Shown piece by piece: positions 17,232 through 25,728 of a stretch of DNA of 64,000 nt. The DNA is taken from NCBI GenBank assembly GCA_964423675.1, contig CAYRFP010000002.1, forward strand, positions 8,728 through 72,727. Direction: 5' to 3'. Made by a program: the position numbers and the translations under genes. Under the pieces are notes generated by a model. That model worked only from the letters and a program-made list of their open reading frames with translations, made no database searches and was not told where the DNA came from. The DNA is from an uncultured Oscillospiraceae bacterium (lineage in GTDB: Bacteria; Bacillota; Clostridia; Christensenellales; Aristaeellaceae). Position 1 is the stretch's first letter, and every line of letters starts with the position of its first letter.

Positions 17232-17891
17232 TTAGAGCTGATCCAGCAGCGTCACATCCTGCACGGCGGACAGCGCTCGTAGCGCATTTAACAGTTCTTC
17301 ATCCGGCCGCGTGTCCAGTTCAATGGCCATGCAGGCCTTGCCCCCCACCTCATGGCGGAACACGCGCATGGTGGCAATATTGATATTCGCATCCGAAAGC
17401 AGACGCGTTACCATGGCGATGGCTCCGGGAGCATCCGTATGGCGGATAATCAGGGTGGTTTTTTCGCCGGAGAAGCCCACCTCCATGCCGTCCAGATACT
17501 GCACACGGATGCTGCCGCCGCCAATGGAAGCGGCCTGTAAGCGAATCCGCCGTCCGCTTTCGCCCACGGCTTCCACGACCACGGTGTTAGGATGCGCATC
17601 CCGCAGTTGAACAGGCCGGAAGGTCACGTCCAGCCCCTGCTCTTTGGCCAGATGCAGGCTGTGGCGCAGCCGTTCATCGTCCACAGTCATGTCCAGCAGG
17701 CCGCCCACAACGGCCCGGTCGGTGCCATGGCCGCGATAGGTTTTTTCAAAGGAACCGTGGAAGGAAACAATGGCTTTCACCGGTTTTTCCCCCAGCAGCT
17801 GCCGGGAAACGCGGCCAATCCGCGCAGCACCAGCAGTATGCGAGGAAGAGGGGCCGATCATGACCGGCCCGATGATATCAAATAGATTCAT
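17232..17891 (-). CDS. sdaAB: L-serine dehydratase, iron-sulfur-dependent, beta subunit (with ACT domain)
   Basis: The start is reset to ATG 17891 (SD AAGGAGG), giving MNLFDIIGPVMIGPSSSHTAGAARIG.., the canonical SdaAB N-terminus. A C-terminal ACT-like segment is present. Confidence 0.9.
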   Translation of the reverse strand: MNLFDIIGPVMIGPSSSHTAGAARIGRVSRQLLGEKPVKAIVSFHGSFEKTYRGHGTDRAVVGGLLDMTVDDERLRHSLHLAKEQGLDVTFRPVQLRDAHPNTVVVEAVGESGRRIRLQAASIGGGSIRVQYLDGMEVGFSGEKTTLIIRHTDAPGAIAMVTRLLSDANINIATMRVFRHEVGGKACMAIELDTRPDEELLNALRALSAVQDVTLLDQL

Positions 17892-17946
17892 GGGAGCCTC
17901 CTTGCGCAAAGAAAAGGAATGCGTTTTGCCGTGGGGGAGAATGACC

Positions 17947-19698
17947 TCACGCCTCGTCCCGGCTGGCGGCAAACTGACTGTAATAGAGGGTATGGTAGAA
18001 GCCGTCCTTTTGCAGCAGGGTTTCATGATTGCCCTGCTCGATGATATGGCCGTCTTTCATTACAAGGATTGTGTCTGCTCCCCGGATCGTGGAGAGCCGA
18101 TGCGCTACGATAAAAGACGTGCGCCCCTGCATCATCTGATCGAAGGCTGCGGCAATTTTCAGTTCAGTGCGGGTATCGATGGCGCTGGTGGCCTCATCCA
18201 AAATCAGCAGCGGCGGATCCGCCAGCATCACCCGGGCAATGCACAGCAGCTGCATCTGGCCCTGCGATAGCCCGCTGCCCACGCCGATGACGGTGTCATA
18301 TCCCTTGGGCAGGCGCTTGATAAAGGAATGGGCATGGGCGGCCTTAGCGGCGGCAATGATTTCCGCATCTGTGGCGTCTGGCCTGCCATAGGCGATGTTT
18401 TCCCGCACGGTTCCCTGGCGCAGCCAGCTTTCCTGCAGCACCATGCCAAACAGCGCCCGCATGCCGTTCCGGCTCATGCGATAGATGCTCTGGCCGTCGA
18501 TGGTAATATCCCCTGCGTCAATATCATAAAACCGCATCAACAGATTGACCAGGGTGGTTTTCCCGGCGCCAGTTGGCCCGACGATGGCCACCTGCTGCCC
18601 GGCCTTTACCTGCAATTGCATGCCTTCAATCAGCGGGCGATCGGGGGTATAACCAAAGGATACGTTGGAGAAGGTTATGTCGCCCCGGATTTTCTGGGGC
18701 GCGGAAGAGTTTTCCGTATCGGGCTGTTCTTCTTCTGTGTCCAGGAAGTTCATGATTCGGCGCAGCGCCGCCATGGCGGTTTGCAGCTGGGTCATCACAG
18801 AACTGATTTCGTTGAACGGCTTGGTATACTGATTGGCATAGGTCAGGCAGGCGGAGATGTTGCCCACACTCATAACGGCCAGCCCCTGGGTCAAAGCAAT
18901 GAAGCCGCCGGTCACACCTACGGCCACGTAAACCAAATGGTTTACAAAGCGCGTAACAGGATTCACCAGTGCGCCGTACAGCTGGGCGCGATAGCCGCAG
19001 ATTCTCAGCCGACCGTTGATCTCATCAAAGGCCTTCACGGCGTTTTTCTCCTGTGAAAACATCAGCGACAGCTTCTGGTTTCCTGCCCGTTCGCTGATGA
19101 AAGCGGTTAATTCGCCCTGTGTGTCGCTTTGCTCGCGGAACAAGTGGTGAGATTTCCCAGTAATTTTTTTGGCGACTAGGATAGAGAGGGGAGTAAGAAC
19201 CAGAACCACCAGCGCTACCCAGCCACTGATGGAAAGCAGGAACAGCATAGTGCCCACGATGGTGGCCACGCCGGTCATCAGCTGGCTCACGCCCTGAAGC
19301 AGGCCATCGCCTACCGCTTCAGCATCCGCCGTCAACCGGGCTACGATATCCCCGTGAGGCGTACGATCGATAGCCTTGAGAGGTACGCGATGGATCTTGG
19401 CAAAGGCTGCATCTCGCAGATCCCGCACCGTGCGATAACAGACCACGTTGGTGCAATAAGACAAAAGCCATTGGAAACCCGCCGCCAGCAGATAAACCCC
19501 CAGCAGCAGGCCGATAATCCAGAACAGGACAGGGAAATCCACGTTTCCTTCGATGATAACGTCAATGCCATCGCCGATCAGCAGCGGAGCGAAAAGCCCC
19601 AGCCCTACACTGATCACAGCAGAAACAAATGCTGCGATTAAAGGCAGCCGACTTTTTTTCAGATACGGTAGCAACCGCTTCAGCCCTTGCTTTTTCAT
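17947..19698 (-). CDS. ABC exporter, fused permease/ATPase subunit (type I, multidrug/lipid-type), partner B
   Basis: 583 aa with six predicted TM helices. Walker A is GPTGAGKTT, the signature is LSQGQMQL and Walker B is LILDEATS. ATGA overlap with the upstream partner gene. Confidence 0.9.
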   Translation of the reverse strand: MKKQGLKRLLPYLKKSRLPLIAAFVSAVISVGLGLFAPLLIGDGIDVIIEGNVDFPVLFWIIGLLLGVYLLAAGFQWLLSYCTNVVCYRTVRDLRDAAFAKIHRVPLKAIDRTPHGDIVARLTADAEAVGDGLLQGVSQLMTGVATIVGTMLFLLSISGWVALVVLVLTPLSILVAKKITGKSHHLFREQSDTQGELTAFISERAGNQKLSLMFSQEKNAVKAFDEINGRLRICGYRAQLYGALVNPVTRFVNHLVYVAVGVTGGFIALTQGLAVMSVGNISACLTYANQYTKPFNEISSVMTQLQTAMAALRRIMNFLDTEEEQPDTENSSAPQKIRGDITFSNVSFGYTPDRPLIEGMQLQVKAGQQVAIVGPTGAGKTTLVNLLMRFYDIDAGDITIDGQSIYRMSRNGMRALFGMVLQESWLRQGTVRENIAYGRPDATDAEIIAAAKAAHAHSFIKRLPKGYDTVIGVGSGLSQGQMQLLCIARVMLADPPLLILDEATSAIDTRTELKIAAAFDQMMQGRTSFIVAHRLSTIRGADTILVMKDGHIIEQGNHETLLQKDGFYHTLYYSQFAASRDEA

Positions 19699-21425
19699 TT
19701 TTCAGCTGCCTCCTTTTCCGAAAGCTGGGACAGGCAGATTTCCTGGTATACCGGGCAGCTTTCCATCAGTTCCCCATGCGTTCCCCGGCCCACCAGTCGT
19801 CCATCGTCCAGCACAAGAATTTCATCCGCATAGCGAATGCTGCTGGCGCGCTGGGACACGATGAATACAGTCATTTGATCTGTCGAGCGGGCGATAGCCT
19901 GGCGCAGCGCCGCATCGGTGGCAAAGTCCAGGGCGGAGGATGCGTCATCCAGAATCAGAATTTTGGGTTTGCGCACCAGTGCACGGGCGATCGTCAGCCG
20001 CTGCCGCTGCCCACCGGAGAGGTTCTTTGCGCCTTCTTCGATTTGATAGTCCAGCTGGCCGGGAAGCTTTTTAACGAATTCGCTGGCCTGAGCAATATCC
20101 AGCGCCGCCCAGATTTCTTCGTCTGTCGCGTCTTCCTTGCCCCAGCGCATATTGCTGCGCACCGAGCCGGAAAGCAGCGCAGCTCCCTGGGGCACCATGC
20201 CCACCATGCCCCGCAGGGCTTCCATGGAATAATCGGTAACCCGGCAGCCGCAAACTGAAACGCTGCCATCGGTCACATCATAGAGCCGGGGAATAAGAGA
20301 CACCAGGGTGGATTTGCCTGAACCTGTGCCGCCAATCACACCCACGGTACGCCCAGAAACGATGGAAAAATCCACATCACTCAGTGCCGCTTCGCCACCA
20401 CCGGGATAGAAGAAACGAACTTGTTCAAATGCCACGACCGGCTTGCTGGCATCCGGCTGCGCGCCGGACCCATTTTGCAGCGCAGGCTTCTTATTCATGA
20501 TTTCCCCAATGCGCCCTGCCGAAGCCCCAGCCTTAGTGAAGATTACCACCAGGTTAGCCACGATGGTGGCTTGCACAAGAATCTGTGCCAGATAGTTGAT
20601 AAAAGCAATCACCACTCCCTGAGACAGCAGCCCATCCTGCACCCGTCCTGCGCCCAGCCATAAAACAGCCAGCACGCCCAGGTTCATGACCACAGAGGTG
20701 GCGGGGTTCAAAAGAGCGCTCCAATGGCCCACGCGGATGGCTGTTTGGGTATAATCCTCCGAGGCATCCTGAAACCGCTCCGTTTCTTCCTTTTGCCGGG
20801 AAAACGCACGTACTACCCGGGCCCCCTCCAGGTTTTCCCGGGAGATGCGAGCCAGGCTGTCCAGCTTGCGCTGAAGGGTTTTAAAGAAGGGAAGCGATTC
20901 GGTCATGACGATATACAGCAATACCACAATCAGCGGCGTGGTCACTAGGAAAACCACCGACAGGCGGATATCCAGAATCATGGCCATCACAATGGAGCCA
21001 ATCGCCAGGAACGGCGCGCGCACTACCAGACGAATCAACATGGCCAGAGCCTGTTGAAGCTGATTCACATCGCTGGTCATGCGGGTAATCAGCGCGGGCG
21101 CGCCGATTTCATCAATATCCTGGCAGGAAAGCGAATTGATTTTGGCAAATAAATCGTGGCGCAGCTCCGTGCCAAAGCTTTGGGACGCGCGAGACGCCAC
21201 CACCTGGCAAACCAGCGCTGTGCCCACGCCAATCAAGGCGATCAGCAGCATTTGAACGCCTTTGGATAAAATAACCTGACGATTGCCAACCGCCACGCCA
21301 TCATCCAGTAGCTGAGCCATGACCAGCGGCAGAATCAATTCCAGAATGGCCTCGATCAGCTTAAAGCTTTGCCCCAAAAAAATATCTCGCTTGTAACGCT
21401 GAAAGTATTTTCGCAAGAAGTGCAA
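19695..21425 (-). CDS. ABC exporter, fused permease/ATPase subunit, partner A
   Basis: 576 aa. Walker A is GGTGSGKST, the signature is LSGGQRQR and Walker B is ILILDDASSALD. It appears to use a TTG start with AAGGAGGAACGGAGAA upstream. Confidence 0.85.
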   Translation of the reverse strand: MHFLRKYFQRYKRDIFLGQSFKLIEAILELILPLVMAQLLDDGVAVGNRQVILSKGVQMLLIALIGVGTALVCQVVASRASQSFGTELRHDLFAKINSLSCQDIDEIGAPALITRMTSDVNQLQQALAMLIRLVVRAPFLAIGSIVMAMILDIRLSVVFLVTTPLIVVLLYIVMTESLPFFKTLQRKLDSLARISRENLEGARVVRAFSRQKEETERFQDASEDYTQTAIRVGHWSALLNPATSVVMNLGVLAVLWLGAGRVQDGLLSQGVVIAFINYLAQILVQATIVANLVVIFTKAGASAGRIGEIMNKKPALQNGSGAQPDASKPVVAFEQVRFFYPGGGEAALSDVDFSIVSGRTVGVIGGTGSGKSTLVSLIPRLYDVTDGSVSVCGCRVTDYSMEALRGMVGMVPQGAALLSGSVRSNMRWGKEDATDEEIWAALDIAQASEFVKKLPGQLDYQIEEGAKNLSGGQRQRLTIARALVRKPKILILDDASSALDFATDAALRQAIARSTDQMTVFIVSQRASSIRYADEILVLDDGRLVGRGTHGELMESCPVYQEICLSQLSEKEAAEK

Positions 21426-21462
21426 TTCTCCGTTCCTCCTTCAATCCGTGAATCGTTTCAAT

Positions 21463-21491
21463 ATTATAGCAATTTGCCATAACCTTGACAA
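21463..21491 (-). promoter_or_regulatory. Candidate sigma-A promoter for the ABC exporter operon
   Basis: The minus strand reads TTGTCA (21491-21486), 17 nt, TATAAT (21468-21463), with TGC immediately upstream of the -10. Confidence 0.55.
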
Positions 21492-21513
21492 GCGTTTTTC
21501 AAAAGATTACAAT
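21485..21513 (+). promoter_or_regulatory. Candidate sigma-A promoter for the G1P-dehydrogenase-like gene
   Basis: TTGACA (21485-21490), 17 nt, TACAAT (21508-21513). Its -35 overlaps the -35 of the divergent promoter. Confidence 0.55.
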
Positions 21514-21564
21514 AGGAAGGAGTGATTTGGGCATAGGAACTCGTTTTTTAAGGAGGTCAGAGCA

Positions 21565-22914
21565 ATGCTTTTTTTTGACGAGATGAGTCTGGACGAACTG
21601 TTGCGCCCTGAAGGCCATGTCTGTGATTGTGGAAGAAAGCATGAAACAGGGCTGAAATTCTTGCGCATTGGCCCGGGAACGGTCGAATACGTTCCGGATG
21701 CGCTGCGTTTTTTGGGCTGCAAAAAGCCTTTTCTTGTGGCAGATGCGAATACGTGGCAGGCAGCTGGAAAAAGAGTGGCCGCGATTCTGGAAGCTAACGG
21801 AATTCCTTACGAAAAATACGTTTTCCCAGCACAGCGGGGACACATCGAACCAGATGAAAGCGCCGTGGGCAGCCTGACGATGCATTTTGACCCTACCTGC
21901 GATATTGCACTGGCGGTAGGATCCGGCGTGATAAACGATTGCTGCCGGGTGCTGGCGCATGCAGCGGGAATTGGACACATGGTGGTGGGCACGGCACCCT
22001 CCATGGACGGCTATGCTTCCAATTCGTCTTCCATGATCGTGGATCGAATCAAAACTTCCCTGTACGCCTGCTGCCCTCAGGCTATTATTGCAGATATCGA
22101 TATTATGAAGGAAGCGCCCATGCGCATGCTCTGGGCTGGGCTGGGGGATGTACTGGCTAAATATAATTCCCTGTGCGAATGGCGCATTTCCCATATTGCA
22201 ACCAACGAGTATTATTGCGAAAACGTGGCGCGGCTGGTGCGGAAATCGGTGCGGAAGGTGACGGCCAACGTTCCGGGTTTGGTAAAGAGGGATCCGGCGG
22301 CGGTGCAGGCCGTGGTGGAAGGGCTGATTCTGTCCGGCGTGGCGATGGATTTTGCCAAAATCAGCCGCCCGGCCTCGGGCATGGAGCATTATTTTTCGCA
22401 TATGTGGGAAATGGAAGCGCTACGAAATGGCGGACATGCAGATTTGCACGGCATTTGCGTGGGCGTGGGGCTGTGTCTGACGCTACCTTTATATGATAAG
22501 CTGCGAAAGCGTGGAGCCGATCCGGTTCAGGCTCGGACGGCTTTCGAGGCCTTTGATTCGGCGGCGTGGGAGCAACAGATGCGAGAGATATTCGGCCCTA
22601 CGGCAGAGGATGTGATTGCTCTGGAAAGAAAGGTAGGGAAAAATACAAGGGCGATACACGAAAAAAGGCTTCAGAATCTGTTGGAGCATTGGGATCAGGT
22701 GCTGCAGGCCATGGACGAAGAACTGCCGGATGTGCAGGAACTTTTGCAGCTGATGCAGGATACCGGGATGCCCACCACCCCGCAGGAACTGGGCCTGGAT
22801 CAGGGGGCGGTGCATCGGGCTTATCTGGGCACTCGGGAGATTCGGGATAAGTATCTTCTTTCGTCCATGCTCTGGGATTTGGGCTTGTTGAATGATCCGG
22901 AATTTCTGATGTGA
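21565..22914 (+). CDS. Iron-containing alcohol dehydrogenase superfamily protein, sn-glycerol-1-phosphate dehydrogenase (AraM/EgsA)-like
   Basis: 449 aa. N-terminal CDCGRKH precedes the Rossmann part. AVGSGVINDC is present, along with His-rich metal-site segments (HYFSHMWE, HG..VG). The assignment is from remembered family features, not a search. Confidence 0.6.
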   Translation: MLFFDEMSLDELLRPEGHVCDCGRKHETGLKFLRIGPGTVEYVPDALRFLGCKKPFLVADANTWQAAGKRVAAILEANGIPYEKYVFPAQRGHIEPDESAVGSLTMHFDPTCDIALAVGSGVINDCCRVLAHAAGIGHMVVGTAPSMDGYASNSSSMIVDRIKTSLYACCPQAIIADIDIMKEAPMRMLWAGLGDVLAKYNSLCEWRISHIATNEYYCENVARLVRKSVRKVTANVPGLVKRDPAAVQAVVEGLILSGVAMDFAKISRPASGMEHYFSHMWEMEALRNGGHADLHGICVGVGLCLTLPLYDKLRKRGADPVQARTAFEAFDSAAWEQQMREIFGPTAEDVIALERKVGKNTRAIHEKRLQNLLEHWDQVLQAMDEELPDVQELLQLMQDTGMPTTPQELGLDQGAVHRAYLGTREIRDKYLLSSMLWDLGLLNDPEFLM

Positions 22915-23016
22915 TTTTATCTGCGGCAAAAGGCCGCGAACAAGGGACGCTTTCTTAAAGTGAAAGTGCCCTTTTTTGTTTGTTTTTTGCAGTCTTCGCT
23001 CTTTTTTGCGCGGCGC

Positions 23017-23049
23017 TTCGACGGAGAAAAGAAGCCCGCTGTCTATAAT
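23017..23049 (+). promoter_or_regulatory. Candidate spoIIG-type promoter (0A-box-like TTCGACG plus TATAAT with long spacer)
   Basis: TTCGACG at 23017-23023 resembles a Spo0A box (TTCGACA). TATAAT is at 23044-23049. The TTCGAC-to-TATAAT spacer is 21 nt, reminiscent of the over-long spacer of the B. subtilis spoIIG promoter. Confidence 0.3.
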
Positions 23050-23070
23050 GAAATGGCGGAGGGGAAGAAA

Positions 23071-23853
23071 ATGCGGGTGATGGGCGAGGCATTTGTGCTG
23101 CTAAACGGCGGCCTGGATTTTCTTTGTCTCATGCTTTGTGCCCGCGCAATGCATTTGCGCTTCCGACCGATTCGCGGCGTTCTGGCCGCAGCAGCAGGAA
23201 GCATCTATGCGCTGGCTGCCTGGATGATACGCACTCCTGACATACGAAGCATTCCAGCGCTGTTGCTTTCCGGCCTTGCCATGGCGGCGCTGGCTTTTGG
23301 GAAAAATGGCTGGAAGGCGCTGCCGGGGCTGGGCGCTGCCGGACTGTTTCTGGCGGGACTATGCGATTTTCTGCTTCGCCTAAGCTGGGAGCCTGGCGGA
23401 GCGATGACCGGCTGCGTTCTGGCAGCAACGGCGCTTTCCCTGCTGCTTCCAGGTGGTGTTCGAGGTAGTGTCGGTTTTTCTCTGGAAATCCATTGGCTGG
23501 GAAAACAGGTTCGACTTCCTGCCTTTCGGGACAGTGGAAATCAGCTTCGAGATCCTATCCGCGGGCTGCCGGTGATCATCGCGCCGGGTTCCTTGCTCAA
23601 GCCGCTTATGCCTCCAGGCGTGAACCCCGGAGATTTGGCCACGCTTCCACGGGGCTGGTATTTCGTGCGAGCGAAAACAATCAGCGGGGAGGACACATTG
23701 ATGTGTTTCACGCCGGATAGGCTAACGCTATGCCGGGGAAGACGGCGCTATCCCCTTTGCGCAGCGCTGGCGCTTTCACCCTTTCAGGAATCCCGGGCGC
23801 TGCTGCCCGAAGCAATTTTCTTGCAGGAGGACACGTTGAATGCAAAGCTTTGA
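23071..23853 (+). CDS. spoIIGA: Sigma-E processing peptidase SpoIIGA
   Basis: The start is reset to ATG 23071 (SD GGAGGGG). A polytopic N-terminal half is present. The C-terminal aspartic-protease motif [21 protein letters not shown] matches DSGNxLxDPxxxxPV. It lies directly upstream of, and overlaps, sigE. Confidence 0.8.
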   Translation: MRVMGEAFVLLNGGLDFLCLMLCARAMHLRFRPIRGVLAAAAGSIYALAAWMIRTPDIRSIPALLLSGLAMAALAFGKNGWKALPGLGAAGLFLAGLCDFLLRLSWEPGGAMTGCVLAATALSLLLPGGVRGSVGFSLEIHWLGKQVRLPAFRDSGNQLRDPIRGLPVIIAPGSLLKPLMPPGVNPGDLATLPRGWYFVRAKTISGEDTLMCFTPDRLTLCRGRRRYPLCAALALSPFQESRALLPEAIFLQEDTLNAKL

Positions 23854-24502
23854 TATGCGAAAATGGATGCTGTTGTTTTTTACGCGGCTGCGCACCGGCG
23901 GGGTACATTATATCGGCGGGGCAGATCCGCTTCCCCAGCCCCTTACCCATGAGGAGGAATTGCAGCTGGTTTCTCAGTTGCATCAGGATGACGGAACGGT
24001 TCGCTCGATTCTCATTGAACGCAATTTGCGGCTGGTTGTCTTTATTGCCAGAAAATTTGAAAATACGGACGTGGGCCTGGAGGATCTGATTTCCATCGGT
24101 ACGATTGGTTTAATCAAGGCAGTGAACACCTTCGATCCTGGCAAGAAGATTAAGCTGGCTACGTATGCGTCCCGCTGTATTGAAAATGAGGTGCTGATGC
24201 ATCTGCGGCACACCAGCAAGCTGCGCAGAGAGGTTTCTTTGGATGAGCCGCTGCGCACGGATTGGGATGGTAATGAGCTGCTCCTTTCCGATGTGCTGGG
24301 CACGGAGAGCGATTTGGTTTCCCGGGGACTGGAAGAGGACACGGAAAAGCAACTGCTGTTCAGCGCCCTTTCCCAGTTAAGCCCCAGGGAACAGCGGATT
24401 ATGCGCCTGCGCTTTGGGCTGGGCGGCGGCAGGGAAATGACGCAAAAGGAGGTGGCAGATATTTTAGGCATTTCCCAATCCTATATCTCCCGTCTGGAAT
24501 AG
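23840..24502 (+). CDS. sigE: Sporulation sigma factor SigE (pro-sigma-E); ends at an unexpected in-frame TAG, see findings
   Basis: The pro-sequence plus [17 protein letters not shown] is present. Region 2 reads [18 protein letters not shown] and region 4.2 reads [20 protein letters not shown]. The same frame continues past the TAG as RILSRLQTEMIRISS to TAA at 24548-24550. Confidence 0.9.
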   Translation: MQSFDMRKWMLLFFTRLRTGGVHYIGGADPLPQPLTHEEELQLVSQLHQDDGTVRSILIERNLRLVVFIARKFENTDVGLEDLISIGTIGLIKAVNTFDPGKKIKLATYASRCIENEVLMHLRHTSKLRREVSLDEPLRTDWDGNELLLSDVLGTESDLVSRGLEEDTEKQLLFSALSQLSPREQRIMRLRFGLGGGREMTQKEVADILGISQSYISRLE

Positions 24503-24555
24503 CGGATTTTATCCCGGCTTCAAACGGAAATGATTCGCATTTCGTCCTAATATTT

Positions 24556-24583
24556 AAGGTCTGCCGTTTCTGGCAGCCTTTTT
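24556..24583. terminator. Hairpin + T-run between convergent sigE and gerXC
   Basis: AAGGTCTGCC (24556-24565) pairs with GGCAGCCTT (24572-24580) with one bulged T, then TTTT. It lies 5 nt after the TAA that would end a full-length sigE. Confidence 0.55.
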
Positions 24584-25728
24584 CAGTTTTCCCGAAGCTG
24601 CACGTCCACCGTTACCTGCACTGCAGCATTTTGATAAGCATCCCGCCAATGATATTTCTCCCAGTCGGGGATGGTGGCAAAACGCTGAACGGCAATGTTA
24701 CCAAAGCCGAGGCCATCGCAGCGCAAGGTCTGTAAATGTTCAATTACAGCTTGAATGTCTTGGGAAAGAAGCTGCGAAAGAGGGGAGGGATCCACGTTTT
24801 GCCCGGGGGAAACATGGAGCTCGCAGAAAAGGCGAACGTACAGCGTGGTTTTTCCCTTTTGCAGATCAACCCGCAGTTCAGCTGGCATTCGTGCAAAAAC
24901 CGGCACGGCTTCATCCGCGCCGTTTTTTATGGAAAGCGATTGCGCGCTGCCGTCCAGTAGATGAATCAATGCCATTTCATAGCCGGTCAGCAAACCGCTG
25001 ACGGAAACGCCGTTCGTGGCTGCTGCGCCGAAAAGCTCAATGGCGTTTACGCTTTTTCGCGATAATTCGCCGGCTTTTTCATCAAGAACGTTCTGGTTGT
25101 CCGTTTCCTGAGCAGAATGAAAGGTATTGATCGCGCCGTAAATCAGCAGCGGATCCCGAAACCCATAGCCCAGATCCCGCACGGCCTCGCCCAGAGTTGT
25201 GGTGGGAACGAAACCTTTCCCTGCATAATTAATCAGCGTGGTTTCAATATATCGGCTGAGCCGGATGCCCACATAGGGCTTTTGTTCGGCAATGAAGGGG
25301 CGCGCTTCCCCATGGCAAACCACCAGCGATGCTTGCGCCCGCATGCGCGGCAGCAGATAAACGCTTTGGAGAAGGGAGGAAAACTGAGCATCTTGGCTGG
25401 CACGTTCACCAATCACCACTTCCCGCGTCTGGCTGAAATTCAGGGAACGCGGGGTGGTGGCGTGGAGAAGGTTCACAGCGTCTGGAAAAGTTATTCCAGA
25501 GGCTTCCAATAGGAAGTAGCCTATTTGCTCATCCTCGGTGGTGCTGCCGCCGCTGTCGCTGCCAACGCCGGCATTGCTGGGCACCTTCACCGTTAATCGG
25601 ATGCTCCCATTCTCCATTTTATCCACACCTAGGATAATCACCAGCAGCTGTTCTTCCAATTGGCGGCTCATGCAGCCAGAAAGTGGGAGGCAGGAAAGCA
25701 ATAGCAGAAAAGCAAGCGCACGTTTCAA
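24583..25728 (-). CDS. Spore germination receptor C subunit (Ger(x)C lipoprotein)
   Basis: The start is reset to TTG 25728 (SD AAGGAGGAAACCGGA), giving (M)KRALAFLLLLSCLPLSGC, a lipobox signal peptide. The rest resembles GerAC-family proteins. The track ORF extends 205 aa further upstream, but that stretch overlaps gerXB. Confidence 0.8.
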   Translation of the reverse strand: MKRALAFLLLLSCLPLSGCMSRQLEEQLLVIILGVDKMENGSIRLTVKVPSNAGVGSDSGGSTTEDEQIGYFLLEASGITFPDAVNLLHATTPRSLNFSQTREVVIGERASQDAQFSSLLQSVYLLPRMRAQASLVVCHGEARPFIAEQKPYVGIRLSRYIETTLINYAGKGFVPTTTLGEAVRDLGYGFRDPLLIYGAINTFHSAQETDNQNVLDEKAGELSRKSVNAIELFGAAATNGVSVSGLLTGYEMALIHLLDGSAQSLSIKNGADEAVPVFARMPAELRVDLQKGKTTLYVRLFCELHVSPGQNVDPSPLSQLLSQDIQAVIEHLQTLRCDGLGFGNIAVQRFATIPDWEKYHWRDAYQNAAVQVTVDVQLREN

